A DNA stretch of 64,000 bases from a virus, in the IMG/VR virus record IMGVR_UViG_3300037483_001170, positions 1-64,000 of that record; one strand, 5' to 3'. Positions within the stretch are counted from its first letter, which is position 1. Each line of letters starts with the position of its first letter. Shown here in pieces: positions 1-10,027 of the stretch. Under the pieces are notes generated by a model. That model made no database searches, was not told the DNA's origin, and was given only the letters and a program-made list of their open reading frames with translations. Position numbers and translations under genes: made by a program.

Positions 1-55
1 GGCTTGCCGACGTCGCCGAGGACGCGGTGAAGGTACTGCGCGGAGTCGATGAGCC

Positions 56-538
56 ATGAACACGCACGCCGACTACGCTCGATGGATGGCGGACTACGTG
101 ACCAGCGTCGGAGGCCACAAGAAGACGCACGGCAAGTGCGGCGCGGCGACTACCTCGATGGTCGAAGCGTTCCCCGAGCTGCGAGCGGTCTACGGGCACA
201 TCGAGACGTCCTGGGGTCGTCGAAGTCACTGGTGGTGCGTCACGCCCGACGGCGACGTCCTCGACCCGACCATCGGTCAGTTCGACGCGCTGTTCGGCGA
301 GTACGAGGAGCTGCTGGAAGGCGACGACGAGCGCCTCGGCAAGTGCATGAACTGCGGTGATGAGATCTGGGGCCCACGTGGCCAGGACATCTGTAACTGC
401 ATATGCTCCCGGCGCTGCGCCGAGGTGTTCAACCGCGAACAGATGGGCGAGGAACTTCCTGCGGATCACCCAGGCAAGTACATCAAGGACATGCGGCCGA
501 CGCCAGAGGAAGATGATGAAGAACAGGAGTGCGCATGA
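56..538 (+). CDS. Putative transglutaminase/papain-fold (Cys-His-Asp) protein with C-terminal Zn finger
   Basis: GKC...AVYGH...HWW...VLDPT pattern; CxxC..CxCxC tail. Confidence 0.5.
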   Translation: MNTHADYARWMADYVTSVGGHKKTHGKCGAATTSMVEAFPELRAVYGHIETSWGRRSHWWCVTPDGDVLDPTIGQFDALFGEYEELLEGDDERLGKCMNCGDEIWGPRGQDICNCICSRRCAEVFNREQMGEELPADHPGKYIKDMRPTPEEDDEEQECA

Positions 539-1107
539 CACGTGCTGACGCGCTTGCGCTGCTCACGCGGCTCGATCAGGCCCGCAACGGCGAAATCGAT
601 TGCGACGACGTTGATGTCGTCATGGTCCCCATCCTGGATCAGCTTCCAACGATCATCGCGGTCTTGTCCGCCACAAACAACGGCGGCGGCATCAGCGATC
701 TCGTCGACGATGCCCGTCAGGCGATGCAGGTCATCATCAGCGCAAGCGAGTACGTGTGCGATCCGCGAACACGCGAGCTTGACGTCTCAGGTAGCGTGTC
801 ATCGATCCAGCGCAACATCGAGCGGCTGGACAAGGCGCTGGTCGCACAGACCGCACAGGTGACCACGCTGCGGCGGCGCGCGGAATCCGCCGAGGCACTG
901 AACGTCACTCTCGATGCCGTGGGCGAAGCTGCCGTGGGCGAAGCTGCCCAGTTTCGTGTCGTCGCCGCAGAAGCTCATCGCCATCTTGGCCTGGTGATCG
1001 GCGAGGCCTTCGCAAAGGTGCCGTCTGAAATGCTAAGCGAAGCAGCGGGCGCCCATCTCGCGCTGGAAATCGCACTGAAGAGCGCGGCCGAGAGAGAAAC
1101 GCCATGA
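529..1107 (+). CDS. Hypothetical protein
   Basis: Coupled ORF chain; contains a 15-bp tandem duplication at about 915-944. Confidence 0.7.
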   Translation: MRMTRADALALLTRLDQARNGEIDCDDVDVVMVPILDQLPTIIAVLSATNNGGGISDLVDDARQAMQVIISASEYVCDPRTRELDVSGSVSSIQRNIERLDKALVAQTAQVTTLRRRAESAEALNVTLDAVGEAAVGEAAQFRVVAAEAHRHLGLVIGEAFAKVPSEMLSEAAGAHLALEIALKSAAERETP

Positions 1108-2036
1108 TGCCCAAAGAGCTGCCTCCGTGTCTGGTCTGCACGTGCAACAACTACAAGCCCGGTGGCGGACGCTTCGGTGGAGAAGTGTCGCAGCAGGGCT
1201 TCAGCTGCGGCACCTGCGGCGTCGACGTGATGCTCCTCTCGATGGACATGTGCCATGTGCTCCTTTACGCGCCGACCGACGCTCACACGGAGTACGTGAA
1301 CCGTTATCTGCTGTCGGCCTGGCGTGCCTGGAAAACCCAGGTCGAGCTACTGCGCTCCAAGATACGGATGGAGCACCTTCACGTCGTGAACGAAGCCATG
1401 GGCTTGCCGCAGGAGACGACTGGGTACACGGTCGGCGAAGAGCGGTACTCCGAATGGGCCCGGCGGCTCGATGAGATGGCGCGCGAGCACCGGCTCACGA
1501 TTCTGTTTCCGCCGGACTGCGAGCCGTGCCCGCTGCCGCCGCAGATGCCTGGCGACATGCTCGCGATGCACCGACCTACCCTCGGCGGCGGCTGGGTGCG
1601 CATCATGCCCGAGGAGACGCGGCTGCTGCGGATTCCTCCAGATCCGATCCGCGTCCACCACGAGGCCGTGTTCACCGAGATTCGCCACCGAGTCGAAGCC
1701 GTCACGAGTCAAGCCATCATCTTCGACCAGATTCCGAACGAGTACTTCGACGACAAGTACGCGCGGGAGCCGTGGTACACCTTCAGGATGCCCCGCGGCA
1801 CCATCGTCATCGGCCCTCGCAAGCGCGTGATCTCGATCCAGGCCCGCGACTGCGATCCGCCGATCAGCACCGAAGCGCTCTACGCGCTCGCAGAGCGAGA
1901 CAACGTCACGTGGGAAGCTGATGGCGGCTGGAAGTCGAAGATCAGCCCAGCGAAGAGCTGCGAGATCCACGCGTACGGCAAGGACAAGGCGGTCGAGTAC
2001 CTGACGGCTCTCGTCCTCACAATGGCCGGGCAGTGA
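1104..2036 (+). CDS. Hypothetical protein with N-terminal Zn finger
   Basis: ATGA overlap; CxxC pairs. Confidence 0.75.
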   Translation: MMPKELPPCLVCTCNNYKPGGGRFGGEVSQQGFSCGTCGVDVMLLSMDMCHVLLYAPTDAHTEYVNRYLLSAWRAWKTQVELLRSKIRMEHLHVVNEAMGLPQETTGYTVGEERYSEWARRLDEMAREHRLTILFPPDCEPCPLPPQMPGDMLAMHRPTLGGGWVRIMPEETRLLRIPPDPIRVHHEAVFTEIRHRVEAVTSQAIIFDQIPNEYFDDKYAREPWYTFRMPRGTIVIGPRKRVISIQARDCDPPISTEALYALAERDNVTWEADGGWKSKISPAKSCEIHAYGKDKAVEYLTALVLTMAGQ

Positions 2037-2323
2037 CGAGCGACGACGAGATCGCGCCGGACGTACAACGTGACGGTGTGCCCCTGTGCTCCGAGTCGTG
2101 TCCAAAACACGACGGGAAGCGGTGCCGTCTACTCGGGTTCCGGCCGGATCGGATCTGCGAGCCGGCCGTCGTGCGCCTTGTCAACCTCGCAGAGCGCCTG
2201 CGCAGTTCAATCGTACTGGTGAACGATGCCGCGTACCATGACCGCGACGACGGCCGGTACGGCGAGTTCAAGAGCAAACAGAACGCACTTCTTGATGAAG
2301 CGAAGAGGCTCCTCAAGCCATGA
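2033..2323 (+). CDS. Hypothetical Cys-rich protein
   Basis: GTGA/ATGA overlaps at both ends. Confidence 0.7.
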   Translation: MTSDDEIAPDVQRDGVPLCSESCPKHDGKRCRLLGFRPDRICEPAVVRLVNLAERLRSSIVLVNDAAYHDRDDGRYGEFKSKQNALLDEAKRLLKP

Positions 2324-3531
2324 GCGAAGATTACGCGACTCTCATCGCGGGCGCGCGCAAGGCGATCGCGGAAGCAAGTCTCGGCGATGCGATGGAACAC
2401 CTCGATGCCATGATCGAGGCGCTCGAAACGGCCATCAACCACAACGACTACCGTGACGGCCACTTCGCGCGCATGTACCTCGGCGCACGAGAGGGGGAGA
2501 CGCTGGCGGAGGCCTGCGAGCGTGTGACGAGCGAGCGTGACAGCGCGCGTGCCCAACTCGCCGGGGTTCGGTCACGGACGGCGCTGGTCGAGCGCAACGC
2601 ACAACGCGACGCGAACGAGCTGATCGAGCAGCGGGCACAAGCGGCCGAGTGGCACGACCTTTACAACGCTGCGCAGGACATCGCACAAGAAGCGGAGCGT
2701 GAGGTCGAGGCGCTGACCGTCGAGGCGTGCGCGTCGCGGCAGGTCGGCGGGAAGACGGCCGCGGAGTGGCGCGAGCGGTGCGACTCCGCAGAGGCCGGGC
2801 TGGCGGCGCTGAGGGACGTGGTGCTCCCGTGCTCGATTTGCATGGGACGCGGCGTGTACGTTCGGCGTTGCTCGCTCTGCGACGACTCGACAGGCGATCA
2901 CCAGTGCGACGAGACGCTCCGCGACTGCCCATCTCCGGCATGCGGCGACCTACGGCGCGCCCTCACCTCCACCGCCACCCTCGCCGCCGAGCGCGACGCA
3001 CGGGTGAGGCGGGAGGCGCTGCTGGAGGCTGCGGACAAGATCGACTGGAAAGCGGAGCCCGGTGAGCACCGCGATAACGTGTGGATGGAAGGTCGCGTGC
3101 AGCAAGCACAGGCAATCGCTGCACATCTCCGCGCGCTCGCGGACGAGGACGGGTCGGGAGGTGACAAGATCGGGCTGGCGTACTGGTGCTGCGCATGTGG
3201 TGACGAGATCCTCCCAGGAAGCCTGCACGCGTCCGAGATGTCACTCGACTCCAGCGGACTCCGCTGCGGGCTCTGCAACATCGGCCACACGCTGACCGAA
3301 CAGCTCGATGCCGCGGTCACGCGCGCGGACACCGCAGAGGCTGCGGTCGTGGCGCTGCGAGAAGCGGCCGTGTCAGTCGATCGTGCCGATGCGGGGATGG
3401 GCTCATGGTGGATCGATCGCGCGGAAGCGACGACTGCCGAACAGCGATGGATGGATGCCATCAAGACACTCCGCGCCGCCCTCGCCTCCACCGTCGACCT
3501 CGCCGCGAAGGTACGAACACGGGCGCCATGA
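2320..3531 (+). CDS. Hypothetical coiled-coil/Zn-finger protein
   Basis: 403-aa coupled ORF with heptad-like stretches and CxxC motifs. Confidence 0.75.
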   Translation: MSEDYATLIAGARKAIAEASLGDAMEHLDAMIEALETAINHNDYRDGHFARMYLGAREGETLAEACERVTSERDSARAQLAGVRSRTALVERNAQRDANELIEQRAQAAEWHDLYNAAQDIAQEAEREVEALTVEACASRQVGGKTAAEWRERCDSAEAGLAALRDVVLPCSICMGRGVYVRRCSLCDDSTGDHQCDETLRDCPSPACGDLRRALTSTATLAAERDARVRREALLEAADKIDWKAEPGEHRDNVWMEGRVQQAQAIAAHLRALADEDGSGGDKIGLAYWCCACGDEILPGSLHASEMSLDSSGLRCGLCNIGHTLTEQLDAAVTRADTAEAAVVALREAAVSVDRADAGMGSWWIDRAEATTAEQRWMDAIKTLRAALASTVDLAAKVRTRAP

Positions 3532-3974
3532 GCTTCAAGTCGGTCGAGTTCCGCAACGTGAGCGTGGCCGTCTGGTCTGGCGAGCCGACGCTACAAGACT
3601 GCGATCTCGCGCTTCACGCCGCGCAGCAGTGTTACGAGAACAACGGCAATCATCCGGTCATACTGGTCTGCGTTTTGAAGCCTGGCGTCAAGCTGCCGGC
3701 GGAAGAGGTCCGGCAGCGTATGGTGTCGCACTGGACGAAGATCGTGCCGTTGGCCTCGGCGGTCCAGTACATCAGCTTGCCCACCGGTCGACCCGCCGCG
3801 CGCCTCGTCTCGATGCTCGTGACGGTGTTCGCGCTGGCGCGGAACGGCAAACGGATCGTCGTGCACAGGTCGCTACGCACGGCGCTCGCCGAGGTGCAGA
3901 AGCTGGACCCTGGGCTCCCGATGGACGAGCTGGAGAAGGTTATCCGTACAGCCGCCGGGATGGAGGCGCCGTGA
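3528..3974 (+). CDS. Hypothetical protein, possibly STAS/SEC14-like
   Basis: ATGA overlap (MSFKSVEF); fold is only an impression. Confidence 0.55.
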   Translation: MSFKSVEFRNVSVAVWSGEPTLQDCDLALHAAQQCYENNGNHPVILVCVLKPGVKLPAEEVRQRMVSHWTKIVPLASAVQYISLPTGRPAARLVSMLVTVFALARNGKRIVVHRSLRTALAEVQKLDPGLPMDELEKVIRTAAGMEAP

Positions 3975-4435
3975 GCCGACGGCGTGTCAGCCCCACGCAG
4001 GGCATCACGGGCGCGGCTCGCGACTACCAGTGCGTCAGGGTCGAGGACGCGTGGCATGCGACGCAGGAACAGGCTTCGCCGCCGCCGATTCATGCTGGAG
4101 GCGCCTGGACCATCTGCTCGGCCTGGGCGCCATTCACGCGCGGCTACGAGCGTAGGCGCCCCGACTGCGCCTTCTGCCTGCGCGCGTGCGAGAAGGATGA
4201 GGGCATCTATGTCGAGCCCGTTGTGCCCCAGTCGCCGCCCGCGGTGACGGCCAAATACCTGAAGGCTCTACAACCCGCACCGGCCATCGTTGCCGCAGCT
4301 GCGGCCCCACGCACGACTGAGGCTCCGGCGGCGGCTGCCATCATCGAAAAGCGAGAGACGGTGGCAGCTGCGGAAGCCGACTTTGACGCACGCCTCCGTG
4401 CGCTCGTCGACACTACACGTCGAGGCCGCCGGTGA
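3971..4435 (+). CDS. Hypothetical protein
   Basis: GTGA overlaps at both ends. Confidence 0.6.
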   Translation: MSRRRVSPTQGITGAARDYQCVRVEDAWHATQEQASPPPIHAGGAWTICSAWAPFTRGYERRRPDCAFCLRACEKDEGIYVEPVVPQSPPAVTAKYLKALQPAPAIVAAAAAPRTTEAPAAAAIIEKRETVAAAEADFDARLRALVDTTRRGRR

Positions 4436-4725
4436 CCGAGCCGAAGAAGCATAGGCCGAAGGACGGCGATCTCGCAGACATCGCGGAGTTCGGGTACCAG
4501 GACGAGGACCCGGGCTCCAGCATCGCGAAGCTGATCCGCGCGCTGCCGGAAGATGCCCGAGCCGCATACCGCGAACAGTGCCGTGCGTTCATCGCAGACA
4601 TGTGTCAGAGACTTGATCTCGAACCCTGCACCTACGCCGAGTACATGAACGGCGAGACGCGCCGAAAGAACCGTGGCACGCCCGACAAAGCAGCCGACGA
4701 AGCGCGGGAACGGTCGATACCGTGA
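4432..4725 (+). CDS. Hypothetical protein
   Basis: GTGA overlap. Confidence 0.6.
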   Translation: MTEPKKHRPKDGDLADIAEFGYQDEDPGSSIAKLIRALPEDARAAYREQCRAFIADMCQRLDLEPCTYAEYMNGETRRKNRGTPDKAADEARERSIP

Positions 4726-5071
4726 GTGGCGGGAGTGCGAGCGCAAGAAGCGGTTCGATGACGAGCACGGCGCCAGTCGTCGTGCGAGTGAGCTTGGAAT
4801 CAACTTCTACGAGTGCCCGCATTGCAGCGGCTGGCACATCTCTCGATCGCCGTACATGACCTCGCGGCCCGCCCAGATGCCGAAGGCCAAGCCGGCGCAG
4901 CCAGCGGAACACGGAGCCCGCCTACGGCTGACCGAGGCCGAGCGGATTCTTGCCAAGCTCCACGAACGACGAAGGGCCGGCGTCGAGCTGCCGCCCGCCA
5001 TGATCGACCAGGCCCGCGAGCGCGTGACGTCGGCGCGTGAAGCGGTCGAAGCGCTGAGAGGGAAAACGTGA
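4673..5071 (+). CDS. Hypothetical Zn-finger protein
   Basis: CERKKRF...YECPHCSGWHIS motif. Confidence 0.6.
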   Translation: MARPTKQPTKRGNGRYREWRECERKKRFDDEHGASRRASELGINFYECPHCSGWHISRSPYMTSRPAQMPKAKPAQPAEHGARLRLTEAERILAKLHERRRAGVELPPAMIDQARERVTSAREAVEALRGKT

Positions 5072-5391
5072 TCGACCATGAAGCTCTTGGGCTGCTGCTC
5101 GCCGTCGAACAACGGTACGCGCTCTATTCGAGTCCAGCGCACGCCTGGGGCGATCCGGACATGAAGGCTGTCATCGAGCGCGGCGCAGCCGTCATCCCCA
5201 CGCTCATCTACGCGATCAGCGTGCGAGGTGAAGAAGGCTACGGTCTGGCGCCGTGGCTCTGCGCTCACGCGCTCCACCTGATCACCGGCGAGCAGCCGAT
5301 ACCCGACGAGCACTTCGGCTCGCTGTCAGCCGTGCTCCTCACGTGGCGTGAGTGGGCGTTCGAGCGCGGCATCACACCGGCAACGGACTGA
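5068..5391 (+). CDS. Hypothetical protein
   Basis: GTGA overlap; converges on the SNF2 gene. Confidence 0.65.
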   Translation: MIDHEALGLLLAVEQRYALYSSPAHAWGDPDMKAVIERGAAVIPTLIYAISVRGEEGYGLAPWLCAHALHLITGEQPIPDEHFGSLSAVLLTWREWAFERGITPATD

Positions 5392-8059
5392 ACCAGCTGT
5401 CGGCGATCTGATCGAGCGTGTCTTCAGGCTCGCCCGTGTTCTTCTTCAGACCACTCATGCTGAACAGCTCGCCGAAGACCATCTCGGAGGCCTGCTCGTC
5501 GTTCAGGTTCACGCCCTCGATGACCGCGCTCGCGCTGCCGATCTTGTCCTTGAGCAGCATCGCGATCTTGCCGTCGATCGTACCCTCTGCATCCAGATAC
5601 GTGATCATGCACTGGTTCTTCTGGCCCTTGCGGTAGATGCGCGCCTCGGCCTGCGACAGGTCGCCCGGACGCCACGCACGCTCGACGAAGAGCATGTCCT
5701 GTGCGCGCGTGAGCGTCGTGCCCGTCGCGAGCGAGATCGAATAGAACACCAAATCGATCTTGCCTGACTGGAAGTCGTCGATCGCAGCCTGTCGCGCCGT
5801 GTCCCCCATGCCGCCCACGACCTTGCTGTACCGAATCGGCGCCTGCATGTCCGGCGTCTCGCCATCCGCCAGCTGCTTCTCGTACGCAGCATTCAGCTCG
5901 TCGACGCCCTTCATCATGATGTCGAAGGCCGCGCGATGCGTTCCCATCACCACGAGCGGCCGTGCCGTGCTCGTCCAGTGGTTCTCGATCCACTCGACCG
6001 CTGCCGGCGCCTTTCCCTCGGCCGCGGTCTCACGCAGCTTGTTTAGCTGTACGAGCACTTCCGCGCGCATCGCGCGCATCACGGCCTCGGGGCCACCGTT
6101 GTCTTCGACCCACTTCAGGAACTCACGGACCTGCCGCTCGTACTTCGCGGCCGCCTTCGCATCGAGCGACACCGTCATGCTGCCGCGACGCTTCTCCGGG
6201 AGGTTCAGCACGTCGGCGGTACGACGCAGCATGTAGATGTTGTTCACCTTCTGGTGAAGCTCTTCGCTGTTCGTACGGCCCGTGCACATGAAGATTTGCT
6301 TGGGCCCGAAATTCTCGTAGTGGCCGCCGCAGTAGCGCACGCAGTACTTGTAGCCGCTGTCCCAGGTCTGCGGATCGATCATGTGCAGCAGCGGGAACAG
6401 CTCCTTCACACGGTTCAAGATCGGCGTACCAGTGAGCAAGATCAGCCGCGGCGCGTCACGCTGCACCTCGTAGAAGCTCGCCGTACGCTTCACCTTCGTC
6501 AGCGGCTCGAACAGTCGACTCTCCTTGTTGAACCTGACTTCGAGGTTCTTGAGGTAGTGCGCTTCGTCGGCCACGACCGTCACGCTGTTGCGCTTGACCA
6601 GCCAATCCTGATGCTTCGCGACGATGTCGTAGTTGATGATGACGACGTCGGCCTTCTTCTGCTCGGCTTCGGGCTCCTTGGTGCCGCTGATGATCGTCGT
6701 GGACAGGTCCGGACGCCAGCGCGCCAACTCGCGGAGCCAGTTCACCTTCAGCGACGCAGGGCACACGACGACGGCCGGAACGTCCATCGCGACGCACGCC
6801 ACGAGCGTCTTTCCGAGGCCCATTTCGTCGGCGATCAAAGCCCTTCCGTGATGCTCGTCTACGAACTGCACGCCCGTGACCTGGTGCTCCATCATGCCTT
6901 CAGGGAGCGCGCGCTTCGTTGCAACCGCTGGCAGTGGCTTCGGAGTCGGCGCCTTCACTTGATCGGCAAGACGGACCTTCTCCTTGTACAGCTCCTTGTC
7001 GACCTCTCGACCAGACAGCTTCTTCACCTGTTCGAACGAGAAGAACTCGTAGCCGCCGCGGCCGCTCTTGCCGACGCCGACGAAGCCGCGCTGCGGATCG
7101 ATGTATTGAATCGGAAGCTCGCGGCCATCCGGGAGCCGGAACGTGTCTCCGAGCTTGATCGTGTCCGGTACCGCGTACGTCTTGATCTCCTCGGTCGACG
7201 GCATCTCCTCGACTGTTGGCGTCGGCGCAGCTTTCGCCACCTTCTGTTCAGGCTCGACGTGCATCGAAGGGAGCGCGACGAAGCCGCCGTCCGGATCCAA
7301 GACCAGCGCGTCCCCGAAGATGCCAGCCAGCGCGTTCACGATGAAGCCGAGCTTCTCCTCGGCGAAGTATCGGAAGTAGAGGCGGGCCTTGCCCTCGTCC
7401 TTGTACTCCGCATGCTGAAACAGCGAGCGGTTCTCCGAGCACCACGCACGCCACTGCACACTGCCGATGAACGGCGTATGCACGCCTAGGATGCCGGGCC
7501 GCGACGATCGCCGGAAGACGATCATCTTCTCCAGCGCCTTGCCGCCTGACGATGCAGCCTCTTCGAGCTGAGCCATGTACTTATCGACCAGGCGCGTAGC
7601 ACACTTCGCGTAGCCAGCAGCGAGCGCGAACTGCTGCACGGCAGCGACGCACTGCTTCGCGCTGTCGACCTTTCGCCTGACGACGGACTGCTCAGATGCG
7701 CCGAAGCTCACCGCGAGCGCGCCGTAGTGCAGGCCGAGCGACAGCATCTGACGGCGTGTCTCTGCGCTCTCGCGCCAAGCGGCATCCGGATCGTCGACCT
7801 TGCCGCCCGTACGCTCCCAGGCTTCCAGGAGCACTTTGGGCGCCATCCGCATGGCCTTCTCGGCGATGGCCACGTCGAGGTAGTCCGGCACGCTGTCGGG
7901 CATCCAGTGCTTCTCTGCACACTCCGGTCCGTAGCCACGCTCGACGCTGATCGGATCACGCAGAGGGTGGTGACAGAACACGCAGTGACTCGCGAGCAGC
8001 TGCGTGCTGATCGCCGTCTCCCACCCACCACCCGACGAGGGCTCGCTCTCGTATGACAT
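5372..8059 (-). CDS. SNF2/SMARCAL1-like helicase with N-terminal DUF6011-like Zn finger
   Basis: ADEMGLGKT, DEAH, LLTGTPILN, SQAEARIYRKGQ; N-terminal CVFCHHPLRDPISVERGYGPECA. Confidence 0.92.
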   Translation of the reverse strand: MSYESEPSSGGGWETAISTQLLASHCVFCHHPLRDPISVERGYGPECAEKHWMPDSVPDYLDVAIAEKAMRMAPKVLLEAWERTGGKVDDPDAAWRESAETRRQMLSLGLHYGALAVSFGASEQSVVRRKVDSAKQCVAAVQQFALAAGYAKCATRLVDKYMAQLEEAASSGGKALEKMIVFRRSSRPGILGVHTPFIGSVQWRAWCSENRSLFQHAEYKDEGKARLYFRYFAEEKLGFIVNALAGIFGDALVLDPDGGFVALPSMHVEPEQKVAKAAPTPTVEEMPSTEEIKTYAVPDTIKLGDTFRLPDGRELPIQYIDPQRGFVGVGKSGRGGYEFFSFEQVKKLSGREVDKELYKEKVRLADQVKAPTPKPLPAVATKRALPEGMMEHQVTGVQFVDEHHGRALIADEMGLGKTLVACVAMDVPAVVVCPASLKVNWLRELARWRPDLSTTIISGTKEPEAEQKKADVVIINYDIVAKHQDWLVKRNSVTVVADEAHYLKNLEVRFNKESRLFEPLTKVKRTASFYEVQRDAPRLILLTGTPILNRVKELFPLLHMIDPQTWDSGYKYCVRYCGGHYENFGPKQIFMCTGRTNSEELHQKVNNIYMLRRTADVLNLPEKRRGSMTVSLDAKAAAKYERQVREFLKWVEDNGGPEAVMRAMRAEVLVQLNKLRETAAEGKAPAAVEWIENHWTSTARPLVVMGTHRAAFDIMMKGVDELNAAYEKQLADGETPDMQAPIRYSKVVGGMGDTARQAAIDDFQSGKIDLVFYSISLATGTTLTRAQDMLFVERAWRPGDLSQAEARIYRKGQKNQCMITYLDAEGTIDGKIAMLLKDKIGSASAVIEGVNLNDEQASEMVFGELFSMSGLKKNTGEPEDTLDQIADSWFSPLPV

Positions 8060-8119
8060 GGCCGAAGCCTACATCAACACACGGCCACGCCACACTGTCA
8101 GACAGCCCACTTTCCGCCC

Positions 8120-8330
8120 GATTCCAGTAGTAGACTGTAGGACAGCGCGAAACCATTGGCTTTTTCTGCCATCGCCAGTATCCGTGCCAGCCGGACAGGC
8201 CGAGCCGGAGCTGCTTCGGTGCTACCTCGGGTCGTCTGAAAACGCCGCCCCGCAGACGGGCGCTGGCGGTCAGCAACGCCGGTGGTCACGTATGGTCACA
8301 GCGAGCGGCTGCGGATACCTCTCTCTATGC
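8120..8330. repeat. 211-bp non-coding direct repeat, copy A
   Basis: Aligns without gaps to 51557-51767, about 84% identical by manual count. Confidence 0.95.
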
Positions 8331-8370
8331 GCGGGTGTCCGACGGTGTTGCGCTTTGTTGTCCGCGTTGC

Positions 8371-8440
8371 TTGACAGTCTACGCGGCGGCGCTAAGCTCC
8401 ATCCTGAGACCGGCCAACAAGCTGGTCCGAAGGAGACGGC
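8371..8440 (+). promoter_or_regulatory. Promoter + leader hairpin + SD (P1)
   Basis: TTGACA-16-TAAGCT; GACCGGC-CAACAA-GCTGGTC; AGGAG. Confidence 0.85.
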
Positions 8441-8983
8441 ATGGCGAGCGAAAACGTGGTGATCCGACAGGCGGAGCGGGTTGGCGAGCTTGATGCGGTG
8501 GAGCCCGCAAGCGCGCTCCGCTGCGGCCGCTGCGTTGGCGGTGTCACCGTGCACGACGACGACGACGATCGGCACGTGACGGACGTCTGCTACCACTGCG
8601 GTGGCACTGGCTTCGTCGACGAGGAGACCGCGTTCCACGACGAGCTGCGCCGCCTCGCTGGCTACTACGCCTTTCGCGCGGCTCACGAGTACCGGCGGGT
8701 CTGCGACGAGGACCCCGACGGCGAGGACTTCGCCTTCCACGCCGCCGAGAACATGATGACGGCACACGACGCCCTGACCGAGATCACACGGTCGTACGAG
8801 GACAAGTTCGTCGCACAGCTGCTCGCACTTCCGTACGAGATGCAGAAGGTACTCGTCGCGTGGGAGGCGGAGTTCACCGCGTGGGCGGCGGGCCAGCTTC
8901 GGGAGCAGCTGCACGCAAAGAAAGCCGCCGACAAGGCGACAGCGGTCGCGCTCGCCAACAAGGCGCCGCGAGAGGAGTGGTGA
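8441..8983 (+). CDS. Hypothetical protein (CxxCxGxG Zn finger)
   Basis: First gene after P1, with SD. Confidence 0.8.
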   Translation: MASENVVIRQAERVGELDAVEPASALRCGRCVGGVTVHDDDDDRHVTDVCYHCGGTGFVDEETAFHDELRRLAGYYAFRAAHEYRRVCDEDPDGEDFAFHAAENMMTAHDALTEITRSYEDKFVAQLLALPYEMQKVLVAWEAEFTAWAAGQLREQLHAKKAADKATAVALANKAPREEW

Positions 8984-8988
8984 GCGCC

Positions 8989-9327
8989 ATGGCACAGGCG
9001 AAGGTGTTCCACGCGCGTCTGACAGAGGGGGGGCGCGTGTACGACCCACGCACGGATGGCCCCTGGCCGCTCGACGACGAGCACTACACGCTTGTCGCCG
9101 AGGTCGAGATCCCGGACGACGCGACTGAAGCAGAAGCGTGCGAGTTCGCGTTCGATCGGACGAATACGGTCCACCAAGCCTGGTGGCACAACGAAGAGGT
9201 CCGGGCCGCGGAACACGACGCGTATGGGATCGCGCCGCGCTCCACGAGCGTCGGCGACATCGTCGTACTAGTCGGCGGCGGCTCGTTCCGAGTCGAAGGC
9301 ACTGGCTGGACGGAGGTGCCACGGTGA
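8989..9327 (+). CDS. YodL-like protein
   Basis: RSTSVGDIVVL...GW motif; SD GAGGAG. Confidence 0.5.
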   Translation: MAQAKVFHARLTEGGRVYDPRTDGPWPLDDEHYTLVAEVEIPDDATEAEACEFAFDRTNTVHQAWWHNEEVRAAEHDAYGIAPRSTSVGDIVVLVGGGSFRVEGTGWTEVPR

Positions 9328-9740
9328 AGTTCATCGTGCAGAGGAAGATCCTTCGTCGCGGCCGCAGGGGCGGCGGCTACGAGTGGGTCGCCGTGAGCGA
9401 GCACGCTTCACGGCAAGAGGCCATCGAGGCGCGAGCAGAGCAGCCAACCAACAGCGGTCTACGCATTGTTCCGTTCGGCCTCACGATCACGAAGCGTGTG
9501 GCGACCGTCGAAGGGCGCGGCATCTGGATCGATGCGAATGTGGCACTCGACGGGAAGCTCTACTCCGTGAAAGGCATCGTCTATCCGCCACACGGCGTGG
9601 TTGCGCATCACGTCACGTTGGTCACCAACGACCAAGACTCGTCGCGTCAGTCGTCGCAGACAACGAAGCGACAGATCGAAGCGCTGCTCGCCAAGGAGTT
9701 CGAGCTGAAGACGATGGCGGTTTCCGAGGACGACCTGTAA
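9324..9740 (+). CDS. Hypothetical protein
   Basis: GGAGG SD; GTGA overlap. Confidence 0.7.
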   Translation: MKFIVQRKILRRGRRGGGYEWVAVSEHASRQEAIEARAEQPTNSGLRIVPFGLTITKRVATVEGRGIWIDANVALDGKLYSVKGIVYPPHGVVAHHVTLVTNDQDSSRQSSQTTKRQIEALLAKEFELKTMAVSEDDL

Positions 9741-9742
9741 CC

Positions 9743-10027
9743 ATGAGGCCCGTCAAACGCCCGATGCCCAAGGTCAGGCGCCAAGCCAGCACGATGATCG
9801 ATGGCCGCACCGATGCGCGCCACCTCGATGGCGCTCGCATGGAGTACACGCATCGGCAGTGCGGCCGCACGTACGTCATCGATCACAGCAAGAAGCAGCC
9901 CGGCCAGAAGCGCCCGTGGACCGAGGCAGCGGCCAAGTTCTACGCGAAATACTGGTCAGGTTCTCCGCAGTCCGGCGGCTGTATCGCGGTGTGCCCGCTG
10001 TGCGTGAAAGACGGGCGGCGACGATGA
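9743..10027 (+). CDS. Hypothetical protein
   Basis: Coupled ORF. Confidence 0.65.
   Translation: MRPVKRPMPKVRRQASTMIDGRTDARHLDGARMEYTHRQCGRTYVIDHSKKQPGQKRPWTEAAAKFYAKYWSGSPQSGGCIAVCPLCVKDGRRR

Noticed and set aside
915-948. 15-bp tandem duplication (and the 12-bp one near 24122-24152)
   Set aside because: In-frame microduplications in coding sequence with no further structure.
3528-3974. Host assignment to Myxococcota from a STAS/SEC14-like gene and GC content
   Set aside because: Only an impression; it needs a homology search and GroES phylogeny.
8098-8289. Short ORFs inside the 211-bp repeats (also 51451-51726)
   Set aside because: Differences between copies change amino acids, ORF ends differ, and there is no SD.
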